This document shows, piece by piece, positions 1 through 10,100 of a DNA stretch of 49,973 nucleotides. The notes beneath the pieces are model-generated. The model saw only the letters and a list, made by a program, of their open reading frames with translations, made no database searches and had not been told where the DNA came from. Every line of letters starts with the position of its first letter. Within the stretch, counting starts at the first letter, position 1. The position numbers and the translations under genes were made by a program. Source of the DNA: Octopus bimaculoides (lineage: Eukaryota); contig NC_068993.1 in assembly GCF_001194135.2 (NCBI RefSeq), positions 43,885,734-43,935,706 on the forward strand, written 5' to 3'.

Positions 1-18
1 AAAATAAAACTACTGAAC

Positions 19-76
<58 letters not shown>
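19..76. repeat. (AAT)n microsatellite, left flank of the Dong/R4-like LINE
   Basis: Direct reading of a perfect AAT run. Confidence 0.98.
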
Positions 77-77
<1 letters not shown>

Positions 78-792
78 CATATAAGTGCATCGGACCTCTG
101 CAGAATGTGTGGGAAGAGGGTCGAAAGTGTGACTCACATTGTTAGTGCTTGTGAAAGTCTTTCGCAGAAAGAGTACAAGCGTAGATACGAAAAAGTAACC
201 CAAAACCTCCACTGGCTGCTATGCCGTAAGTATGGATATGAGGTTACGGGTGCTTGGTACCAACATACACCGGAAAAGGTAATGGACGAAAAGAGGAAGG
301 CAAAAATCCTCTGGGACTTTTGATTTCCAGACAGACAGACAAAGTGTTAGAGCACCGAAGGCCGGATATAGTAACCTTTAGGTGGGAGAAACAGGAGTGC
401 CTAATAATCGACCTAGCAGTGCCAGATCAACATATCATCGGGAAAGACAGAAAAAAGTTGATAAATATGGAAACCTGAGAATTGAGATCGCCAAGATGTA
501 GCAGCTACGAGAGTCGAACATAATGGTTATCCCTATTGTCATCGGAGCATTGGGTTCAATATCACCAAATCTGAAAAAAAAAAACAAAAACAAAAAAACA
601 CCTGAAAACCTTAGCGATACCCTACAATCTAGATGTATTGTAAAAGTCGGCATTACTTGGAACTGCACGCATATTGTGTAAAGTACTGTCTGTCTGAGGT
701 CTTTGTTGTGTGACTTGACAAACAGTACAAACCCTAGGTTGACACAATATCTTCAATCAACAACCTCACGATATTGTATACTGTGCGACGTC

Positions 793-794
<2 letters not shown>
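77..794 (+). mobile_element. 5'-truncated R4/Dong-clade non-LTR retrotransposon 3' end (CCHC knuckle + restriction-like endonuclease + 3' UTR), frameshifted
   Basis: Translations: LCRMCGKRVESVTHIVSAC (C-X2-C-X8-H-X4-C, 99-152), AKILWDF, RRPDIV...CLIIDLAVP (PD..D RLE motif), VIPIVIGALG, and terminal KSALLGTARILCKVLSV* (644-697). These motifs are typical of R4/Dong RLE LINEs. Frameshifts and a stop show it is inactive. Confidence 0.88.

Positions 795-840
<46 letters not shown>
795..840. repeat. (TAA)n microsatellite, right flank/tail
   Basis: Direct reading. Confidence 0.98.
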
Positions 841-1200
841 CCTTTCTAATCTACAAAGTCTGAAATTTGGGAGAGAGGTATAGTTGATTACAACAATCTC
901 AGTGTTTCTCTGGTACTGTTATAATCCGTAGTATGTTGGATTGTTATAACGCCCACTTCGGTATACAGTATACTTAGTAAAACTAGTAAAGACACGATTA
1001 TCTCTGACCGCCTCCTACGTACTTCACGTACTTCTCTGTACTCATAGTGACTAGGTTATTCCGTTCGTCACGTGGGAGAGATGTACCATAATTACTAATT
1101 CCCTACAACAGGTACTTATTTTATCGACCCCGAAAGGATGAAAGGCAAAGTTGGCCTCGGCGGAATTTGAACTCAGAACGTAGCGACGGGCGAAATAGTT
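841..1200 (-). mobile_element. tRNA-headed SINE family A copy, interrupted by a 194-bp insertion
   Basis: Carries the core ggtacttattttatcgaccccgaaaggatgaaaggcaaagttggcctcggcggaatttgaactcag, repeated more than 10 times in this window. Its reverse complement holds the B box GAGTTCAAATTCC. Confidence 0.85.
917..1110. mobile_element. Solo-LTR-like insertion (TGTT...AACA) with 5-bp TSD GGTAC
   Basis: GGTAC at 912-916 and 1111-1115. The insert starts tgttataat and ends ccctacaaca. Removing it restores the SINE-A consensus ...ctggtacttattttatcg. Confidence 0.7.
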
Positions 1201-1265
1201 ATCATGTGAAATTGGTTTTTATTTCTGTATAACTTCTGGAGGAGTTACCTCAGTCCTATATAATC

Positions 1266-1266
<1 letters not shown>

Positions 1267-1341
<75 letters not shown>
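1267..1341. repeat. (TAA)n microsatellite at the tail of the next SINE-A
   Basis: Direct reading. Confidence 0.98.
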
Positions 1342-1342
<1 letters not shown>

Positions 1343-1344
<2 letters not shown>

Positions 1345-1569
1345 TGGTTTCAAATTTTGCCACAAGGGCAGCCATTTTCGGGGAGGGAGGGGGTGAGTCG
1401 ATTACATCGACCCCAGTGTTGAATTGGTACTTTTGTTTTTATCGGTGCCGTAGGAAGAGACGCAAAGTTGATCTCAGCGGGATTTGATCTGAGAACGTAA
1501 AAAGAACCGAAACAAATACCGCAAGGTAACTTGGCTGACGTTCTAACCATTTTGAAAACTCGCAGCCTT
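1343..1569 (-). mobile_element. SINE family A, near full length, diverged
   Basis: ggtttcaaattttgccacaagg...gtcgattacatcgaccccagt...ctcgcagcctt aligns with the other copies. Confidence 0.85.
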
Positions 1570-1857
1570 TGAATAGGAAAGTAATAACCAGAATGAAAAA
1601 AAAAAGTAATAGTGATGCTAAAACTCATTAAGCTAACTTGGAGTTGAAAAGGAAATTTGAAGTAGAGATAATTGCATAGATAAAATATCAACAAATTTTA
1701 GATCAAAATTTTTGATTTGGGACTAGTGAAAGTAGATGAAATAGTTATAGATGTCGAAACGAAAACCAGTGGTGGTGGGTTGAATTATTGATCCTCGTGC
1801 ACAAAACCAGATAAATAGACGAAGAAATAAGTAAACAAATAAAAGTACATCAGAATC

Positions 1858-2334
1858 GCTCAAATGTGAAGGCGAAGGGAATAATTTTTTTCTCATATAG
1901 AAAAGTGCACCAATGGTGAAGAGTTTGTTCGATATGTTCAGGTGATCGATAAAAAGTTTTACTTGGCTGTCCTTAGACGTTTGAAAGAGACAGTGTTGGA
2001 GAAGAGACAAAAGGCATGGACATACAAAATCTGGCTGCTGCACCACATTTTATCGGTGGCTTTTATATTACAACACGAAATGACTCTCGCGTCTCACTTC
2101 TACCTATATACTCCAGATTTGGCCCCAGCTAGATTTTTCATTTTATTGCTTTTAATGTTGAAAACTGCCCTGGAAGGTCACTAATATCAGATGATAGAAA
2201 ATATTGAGTAAATTCGTCACAAGAACTGCACATTACTCTTGAAAATGCGTTCCAAGGAACATTCCAAAACCAGAAGAAAATGTTGGAAATGGTGCATCTG
2301 GAGTGAATGGAACTATTTTGAATGTCAAATCTAA
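1858..2334 (+). mobile_element. mariner (Tc1/mariner DD34D-like) transposase relic, C-terminal half
   Basis: Degenerate SNVKA..., IDKKFYLAVLRRLKETV...KIWLLHH, YTPDLAP (YSPDLAP motif), LKTALEG, and terminal KKCWKWCI...NYFE. Multiple frameshifts and stops. Confidence 0.82.
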
Positions 2335-2526
2335 TTATACTGTAAGTAAAGCATTAACATTGGACTTTAAAAAGCGTGATTTCTGTCTATGTGTCTCTCT
2401 CTATATGTTTATATATATATCTACTACATATGTGGAAAATCGGTGTGTGTTTGTTTGTGGCGTTGTTAGCTAAACGCCCACTCCCCCAAAATTTCGGGCC
2501 TTGTGTCTAGACAAGAAAAGAATATA

Positions 2527-2658
2527 TTGGTTTCAAATTTTGGCACAAGTGCAGCAATTTCGAGGAGAGGTAAGTCGATTACATCGACCTTAGTACTCAA
2601 CTGGTACTTATTTTATCGACCTCCGAAAGGATGAAAGGTGAAGTGGGCCTCGGCGGAA
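2527..2658 (-). mobile_element. SINE family A fragment, head end lost at the L1/Tx1 junction
   Basis: Same core (ggtacttattttatcgacctccgaaaggatgaaagg), ending at ctcggcggaa. Confidence 0.85.
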
Positions 2659-3357
2659 ACCGTTCTGCACGCACTTGTGCAATGCCCAAACATTTCAGAC
2701 CTGTGGGCTTATATCGAACGGTTGCTGTCACGTGTGGGACGAATTCGGTTGTCGGCCAAGTCTATCGTGAATATTGCCCCTCCACCTTCCTTTAACTGAG
2801 AAGACAAGGCAGTTTTCGTTGTACTGGTGGCTATGGTGAAAGAATGTGTGTGGTGGACTCGTGCGAAAGGTTTAGAGACAAACACTTTCTGGTCAACCTC
2901 TGATCAACTTCTTCAAGTATCGCTTGAAGAGGAAGGTCAGAATAGAGAGGGAAGTTTTGTCTAATGAAAGGTTCAACAAAAAGTGGGTGAATATGACAAG
3001 GACGGTACGAATAAATGACGGAACCACCTTGAGCATGAACCTATAAAACGAAGAAAGAGCACCTTGCTCTCATGTTAATGTTTTTCTTTTTCGTTTCCGA
3101 GGTTACCGTGGTTCTTTTTCGTAGGCTTTTCTTTCCACGGATAAACCTAGTTAATGTTACATTTCCTCTCCTATTGGGAACTCTTATTGTTAACAACGAC
3201 TTTTGTGTTATTTCCCTGCTTACACGTCAAAAAAAAAAAAAAAGAAAAGAAAAAAGAAAAAAAAGAAAAAGGTTTCTTTCCCTTTTGATCGGTTTCGAAA
3301 AAGAAAAACTCTACATTGTACTGTCCCCTCTGTGTTTGGCCCTGCGTGGCTAATAAG
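2656..3357 (+). mobile_element. L1/Tx1-type LINE ORF2 C-terminus plus 3' UTR (5'-truncated)
   Basis: ETVLHALVQCPNISDLWAYIERLL...VAMVKECVWWTR...FFKYRLKRKVRIERE...KKWV...LSMNL* (stop 3044-3046). The ET..H.L..C knuckle remnant and the IW..R segment are typical of L1/Tx1. The 3' UTR ends ggctaataag, next to a microsatellite. Confidence 0.75.
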
Positions 3358-3365
3358 TCTATCTG

Positions 3366-3460
<95 letters not shown>
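3357..3460. repeat. (TCTA)n/(TCTG)n compound microsatellite
   Basis: Direct reading. Confidence 0.97.
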
Positions 3461-3837
3461 GCATTTATATCTTTGTATCATTTTGACTTATTTTCAATTC
3501 TTATAAAAAAGGAGATGGTGTCTAATAAAGCTCAAACGCTATAATTTAGATGACAACAACGGTGGTCACTTAAATTTTGAGCCGTAGAACATTCTTGTTT
3601 ATTTCTACCCGTTCCGTTTACAGACTGCATTTGAAAAGTGCAGGTTACCTAGTCATTTTATTTGCTTGAAAACACCAGAATTTTGAAATTACCACTTCTA
3701 AATTTACTAACATCACGGAATAACCCAATAATTATGGGTGTAGATGACATTTATATGTGTTGTGTAACTTCAGTTTGTCAAGTAGCTATCCGTAAATATT
3801 CATTTTCTCTCTAATTTCGAAAGAAAAGTCCGGATTT

Positions 3838-4093
3838 ACAGTTCTATATTTAAGAGATGAGGAATTATGTACATTATTTATATTTGACGGATATTTGTCC
3901 TCATCTTGTTTGTTGTTAACACAACGTTTCGGCTGATATACCTTCCAACCTTTATCAGGTGTCTTGGGGAAATTTCGAACCTGGGTTCTCATTCCTAAGG
4001 TATTTTTCGATGTTATTATTATTGGGGTTAGTAGCCTGCGCTCTTAACCACTATGCCATATACCCGTGGGCATATGGCATAGTGGTTAAGAGC
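3838..4093 (-). mobile_element. Non-coding retroposon with a tRNA-like head and an internal hammerhead motif (PLE-associated/retrozyme-like)
   Basis: Minus strand starts with an A-box-like head (atatggcatagtggttaagagcgcaggctactaacccc) and holds the hammerhead motif at 3918-3963. No ORF with recognisable homology. Confidence 0.6.
3918..3963 (-). ncRNA. Minimal type I hammerhead ribozyme motif (G8-to-A variant, probably inactive)
   Basis: RNA 5'-GACAC CUGAUAA A GGUUG GAAGGUAUAU CAGCC GAAA CG UU GUGUU-3'. Stem I is GACAC/GUGUU, stem II is GGUUG/CAGCC, core GAAA is present, stem III is the palindrome AACGUU, and the cleavage triplet is GUU. The core reads CUGAUAA rather than CUGAUGA. Confidence 0.7.
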
Positions 4094-5039
4094 TATATCA
4101 GCCGCATAGCGTAGAAGTTTTAATGGGAACGTCAAACAATATTTCTTGCGTTGATAAGTTTGTATGTAATAAATAACAGAAATACTCTCTGCATTTGTAC
4201 CAGGTCAGTCTTTCTTAAGGACCACATTGTATATTGTTTTAGCAGTATATAATGTCGCTTGGAAAGTAGTTATTGGGAAATTGCTGATCCCATGTATAAT
4301 ATCTTATAGAGGAATGCGACGTAATCGATATTTCAGTGCATCTAAAGACTTTAAGAGATTTGCTAACTTTTTTGTCCATTCGTTATTTTGTTGTTATCTT
4401 CTACTCTTGGGTTGCAAAAGCCTAATCCAAACGGTCACGAGGCCATAAGAGGCTACATTTCCTTTCGTTGTCACTATCATTCCCAAGTTTAGGGGAGACA
4501 TACCCATGCATGCCTTTTCTTTTGGCATGCAAAGCATTTCTCTTCCAGTCAATTGTTCAGGAATGCTAGTCCAAAAATGATATTCACCCAGCAAAATATA
4601 ACTTTGTACTAACAGAATAAAACATACTTTTTTCCTAATTACCTTGTAAAAAGTCACCAATGTAGAAAGTCTACAATGTAAAATGTAAGCAGTATAGTGA
4701 GTCACCAATTTAGTGTGAGTAGTCACTAATTTAAAGTATGAAAGTGCTCGTGAAAAAGTCCATTAAATGCGCTTTTGAGAAGCGGGTAACTGTTTCGATA
4801 TTAATAGATGTCCAGTTCTGATTGGCTGAAGTATGACATAGCACAACTGTGCTATGCCGCCACAATAAAAATATAGCTTTCCTAAGTCCTACAACCTTTT
4901 TAGGGTGACTGGGTGACGTTCACTGGGGTAAAGCGGGGCAAATTCAAGTAGAGTTGGTGAAAGAATGAAAGTTGTAATGCAGAGGTAAACTTGCCCTTTC
5001 TCTCTCTATTTCAGACCAATTCCTTCTTTCTCTCTTAAC

Positions 5040-5075
5040 ACACACACACACACACACACACAAGGGACACACAGA

Positions 5076-5118
<43 letters not shown>
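5040..5118. repeat. (CA)n/(CT)n compound microsatellite
   Basis: Direct reading. Confidence 0.95.
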
Positions 5119-5119
<1 letters not shown>

Positions 5120-6000
5120 AGCATATATACAAAGTTTCTCACTCATCTCTGTACAAACCTATAAAATATTTTGACATCTGAATGGTTGCACGTATCTAGA
5201 TACTCTCATAAGCGATAGGGTGAAATATCAACTTCTCTCGAACATGTCTGTCTGTCTGTCAGTGTGGGGTTGCGTGCGCGCGTATTTATGTATTGAAACA
5301 CTGTCAATAAACGCTGCTCTTCTGTGTGTGTACAATGCCAACGAGCTCTATACGTAGCGCAAAGAATATACTGCATCGTTCTTGAAGTACATCGGGGAAA
5401 AGAAGTACACTTGACATAAGTTTTAAATCCAAACAGAGATTTTAGATTTTACTGTATTTATGGAATCCTACTTAACTAGATAATATATAATAAATATCCA
5501 ACTTGTGTATGTCATATTTTATGCGATGTTTTATTTTTATTTCTGGAAACACATTATGTAGAGGAAAATATATAAATAATACACATATCATCTGTTGTAT
5601 GGTATGTGTATATATGTGCGTGTGTGAGTGTATGTGTGTGTGTGCGTACGTGCGTGGGTGTATGCATGCGTGAGTGTGTGTGTGTGCGTGCGTGTGTACG
5701 CGTGCGTGCATACGCGCGTGTGTGTGTATAATTTGTTTTATTTCCATGTCTCTCATCGTTCACACTACTTCGAACGAAATTAGAAGTAAATTCGATAACG
5801 GCATTTTATCCGTCTCTTTAGTAATTTTTGTATTTTATGCACTTATAAATGTATTTAAGGATTTATCATTAAACTAGAACGTAACTGATCAAATGCTAAG
5901 ATCTAGTCAATCTTTTCAAGAAACTAGATCTTGTATATGTATAAGAACATACAGTCTGTGGGGCAGGATTAACCGACTGGTTTAATTGGAATGACATAAC

Positions 6001-6412
6001 AATTATTCTTTCTAATTTTGAGGAAAGGTCATAAATTTTGAGAGCATGGGGCAATCGATATCATTGACCCGCAGTAATTGCCAGGTTCTTTATTTTATCG
6101 ACACCGAAAGGATGAAAGGCAAAGTTGACTCCAGCAGAATTAGAACTCAGAACGTAAAGAGTGGAAACAGGCTCCTTGCCAGACTTTGGTGCCTGGGGGG
6201 TACTTCAGAATATTCTTGGTGGGTACTATTTTATAATAATGCTAAAGTGAAAGTTTCGAAATAAATCTATCATTGTAAATATGAGGGTGCACCATTGAAT
6301 AGTGAGGAGGCAGTGCCGTCTTGTGCACCCCCTTAGCGACGGCCATTAGTGGAAAGAAATACTGCTAAGCTTTTTGTCTGACGCACTAACGATTCTGCGA
6401 ACTCGCTTCCTT
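6001..6412 (-). mobile_element. SINE family A, full length, interrupted by a 180-bp insertion
   Basis: Core at about 6090-6155. The head resumes at 6348 (gaaatactgctaagc...ctcgcttcctt). Confidence 0.85.
6168..6347. mobile_element. 180-bp insertion with 8-bp TSD (MITE, hAT-like TSD length)
   Basis: AGTGGAAA at 6160-6167 and 6348-6355. Ends are GC-rich (caggctcc...; ...gcacccccttagcgacggccatt), but the TIR match is weak. Confidence 0.6.
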
Positions 6413-7405
6413 GGATGAAATGATAACTGTATATAAAAATGAGGTTTGCAGTTGGCGGTATTATGAGGGAGAGAATTCAAAGGTTTGTATTCAGTCATCA
6501 GCTTTGCTCTGTGTCTGAAAAAGTATTTCGAATGAAAGTGACTCAGTATATCTGTCAGTAAATAGATACCATGTAATGATACTGTTAATAACGAGAACAG
6601 TGGTGCATAATTTTACGAATATTTTGTTTGAATTGATCACAATTATCAGTGTATATGTATTATTGATGTAGGCAAGCGGTGAAAATTGTGCCATTCAATG
6701 CTTTTATCATAGCATTAGAAGAACCAGCAACATATTTATTGTCTTGCCGTATTTATATACGTTACACTCTTAGCTCATAGTCAACCCAAATCGGCTTGCT
6801 TTTCATTTTCCCATTACAGACTAGTCAAATACTATTATTCAACAAGTTGACTGTATCCATAATGTGTATCAAAGAAACTAAAGCCATTCCCAAACGTACT
6901 GAAGGAAATAATGTTTTGTTTACCCACTGATAAAACAACAACACAAACAAATAAAATCTTGAGGCTTGTATGTACCATTATATATATATATATATATATA
7001 TATNNNNNNNNNNNNNNNNNNNNNNNNNNNNNNNNNNNNNNNNNNNNNNNNNNNNNNNNNNNNNNNNNNNNNNNNNNNNNNNNNNNNNNNNNNNNNNNNN
7101 NNNNNNNNNNNNNNNNNNNNNNNNNNNNNNNNNNNNNNNNNNNNNNNNNNNNNNNNNNNNNNNNNNNNNNNNNNNNNNNNNNNNNNNNNNNNNNNNNNNN
7201 NAAACGATGTACTCCACCCCACCGACCCCAAAAATATAAAAAAAGAAAGAAAATTCCTTCTCATTTGGAGAAAGATAAAGAAAGAAAAATAAAACTTAGT
7301 GGAAATTGTGAGCAACTCTCGAGCAAGAAGGGGATACAATTTCAAGAAATTAGAAAATTTTAGCGAAGATCTAATTTTTGTTCTTAGTATGTATGTATGT
7401 ATGTA

Positions 7406-7436
<31 letters not shown>

Positions 7437-7698
7437 GTGCGTGCGTGCGTATGTGGATGTGTGTGTGTGTGTCCTAATTCTCTTTAGAACTTCCTTCTAA
7501 GAATCGGTGGATCTTTTCAATCTCAGTCACAGATATTTAAAGATCCTATATATGAGCATAGAGCATGTCTAGATATGCAACTATATGCATGAGAATACAT
7601 ACATAAAGTATACAAATCTGCACACACATACATACATACATACATATAAATTGATTTTAATTGAGTTTTTTACCTGTAATTTTGGATTTTGTCCCTAA

Positions 7699-7739
<41 letters not shown>

Positions 7740-8496
7740 GAATTATTATTTGATGAAAACTCTTAGCTTATTTTGCTGGGTATGNNNNNNNNNNNNNNNN
7801 NNNNNNNNNNNNNNNNNNNNNNNNNNNNNNNNNNNNNNNNNNNNNNNNNNNNNNNNNNNNNNNNNNNNNNNNNNNNNNNNNNNNNNNNNNNNNNNNNNNN
7901 NNNNNNNNNNNNNNNNNNNNNNNNNNNNNNNNNNNNNNNNNNNNNNNNNNNNNNNNNNNNNNNNNNNNNNNNNNNNNNNNNNNNNNNNNNNNNNNNNNNN
8001 NNNNNNNNNNNNNNNNNNNNNNNNNNNNNNNNNNNNNNNNNNNNNNNNNNNNNNNNNNNNNNNNNNNNNNNNNNNNNNNNNNNNNNNNNNNNNNNNNNNN
8101 NNNNNNNNNNNNNNNNNNNNNNNNNNNNNNNNNNNNNNNNNNNNNNNNNNNNNNNNNNNNNNNNNNNNNNNNNNNNNNNNNNNNNNNNNNNNNNNNNNNN
8201 NNNNNNNNNNNNNNNNNNNNNNNNNNNNNNNNNNNNNNNNNNNNNNNNNNNNNNNNNNNNNNNNNNNNNNNNNNNNNNNNNNNNNNNNNNNNNNNNNNNN
8301 NNNNNNNNNNNNNNNNNNNNNNNNNNNNNNNNNNNNNNNNNNNNNNNNNNNNNNNNNNNNNNNNNNNNNNNNNNNNNNNNNNNNNNNNGATTACTTGAAA
8401 AATATACAACGCAATAAAATAAAAACGTGCGTATGTGCGTATCTTTTGTGTACTAAAATGGAATAGTTTTGGTGAAGCATTGTGCGATCTTACTTT

Positions 8497-8819
8497 AAAG
8501 AGATTTGTTGTGTAAAGCCTGAACAATGCGAGAAGATATAAAGCAAACAACAAAAAGAAAAGAAAACAACACAGAACAAAATTGTAGTTTCACCTTATAT
8601 TTCTACATTTCGGGGCTATGATTTTCATCTTTTGTCTCCTTGCATCTGAGCAATGACTCTTTTCTATTCTTCGCTTTTTCACATCTCCCGAAAAAGGGAT
8701 CATAGACCCAAAATATAGAAATATAAAGTAAGCCTACCACTTTGTTTTGCTTTATTTTCTTTCTGTAGTTTACTTTATATCTTCTCGCATTGTTCCGGCT
8801 TTATACAACAAATCTCTTT
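8497..8819. repeat. Fold-back element with long nested inverted arms
   Basis: Outer arms 8497-~8570 and ~8742-8819 (aaagagatttgttgtgtaaagcctgaacaatgcgagaagatataaag versus its reverse complement). Inner arms 8595-8622 and 8699-8726. Confidence 0.85.
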
Positions 8820-9417
8820 TGCAGATATATGCAAACATACATACATATATAACAAATGAAAGACGGAAGATGGAATATACGTGAATTTATAATTAATCAC
8901 GACAATTGTTACAACACATCTAGCATCGACTCCTTTTGGGCGAGACACTCAACAACTGGTTCAGGAGCATCCAGTGGTGCAGATGTATCTCGGCGGGTGA
9001 TAAATAAATAAAAACAACTCGTTAAAATGACTGTTCCACAATGTAACTTTCCGTTTTGTAGAGAGAAAAATAGCCAGACGGAGTAAAAATCTTCATATAT
9101 ATATATAGAAGATCAAAAATAAACTGCAGATGACAAAAAGAGAAACGAACACGTAAATCTAGCGAGAAAAGTATTGAAAATAACCGTTAACAGATATGGA
9201 TGTATAAACACTCTCGGGCAAGCTGCATTGCACGAATACACACGCTCATACAAGCATCAGCAAAAATGTGAGGATACGCACGCGCGAGGTGTGGTGCTCT
9301 CATGATGAGAAAGCGAGTTAGTAATTTACTTGGTGTTTATAAGAATGGGGAAGTTAAAAGTAAACTTAAGTTATCCATACCTTAAAGTAAATTAAATTAC
9401 ATTAACTCAACGGTTAC

Positions 9418-9671
9418 TCAAAATTCATTCTCACTGCATTGTGCAAAAGTACATTTATATGCGTGTAGGCATCTCGATAGTCGTCCAGAAATTCTATTAA
9501 GTATCTTCTCGTTAGTCCACAGAATAGATAGGGAGTCCTCGGAGCAGAGACAGCATCTCCTGGAAATTATATTGTAAGGTTTTGCATGTCTAACTATGGA
9601 CCAATTAATGTATTTCGTTTTACCCTCCTTCAATCGCCATATATGTATATTTACACACACACACAGACACA

Positions 9672-9740
<69 letters not shown>

Positions 9741-10100
9741 GGATATGTATTGTTTATATTGTATTTTCCTTACAAATGTTCATTTGCCTTCCGTTGTTTT
9801 ATTGTTTTAATTTTATTGCATTGTCGTCCATTTATCTGGTAATCTATTTAATGCTGTTTGTAGGTTTTTGTCAGGTTTGTTTGGTATGTCTCACAACTGT
9901 GTTTGTAAATATAGATGTTTTGGTTGATGGTTTTGTTCAAAGTTAGGGAATTTTTAACGATGTGTTTTGTTTGCCCATGCGTGTGAGCCATACGAAACCT
10001 AACTGTAAAACCAGTAAAGGATATAATTATTTATGGATGAGCTAAGGAGTGTTTGATATTGTATGTGATATTTCGTGGTTGAGTGTGTTTTGCTAATGTG
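9418..10100 (-). mobile_element. Penelope-like element (Neptune-type) GIY-YIG C-terminus, split by a (CA)n tract
   Basis: IWRLKEGKTKYINWSIVRHAKPYNIISRRCCLCSED...ILNRISGRLSRCLH matches the IW.LK...WSI...A.PY...C.LC..E...LN.R.E...C.H pattern. A degenerate VSYG motif lies upstream near 10000. Confidence 0.75.
9650..9738. repeat. (CA)n microsatellite
   Basis: Direct reading. Confidence 0.97.

Noticed and set aside
841-1569. Dong-like LINE as the mobilising partner of SINE-A
   Set aside because: No shared 3' tail sequence, and the microsatellite tails lie on opposite strands (TAA versus ATT).
4871-4890. Similarity of atagctttcctaag to the TIR at 31892
   Set aside because: Short, gapped match with no partner TIR of that type nearby; compatible with chance in AT-rich DNA.
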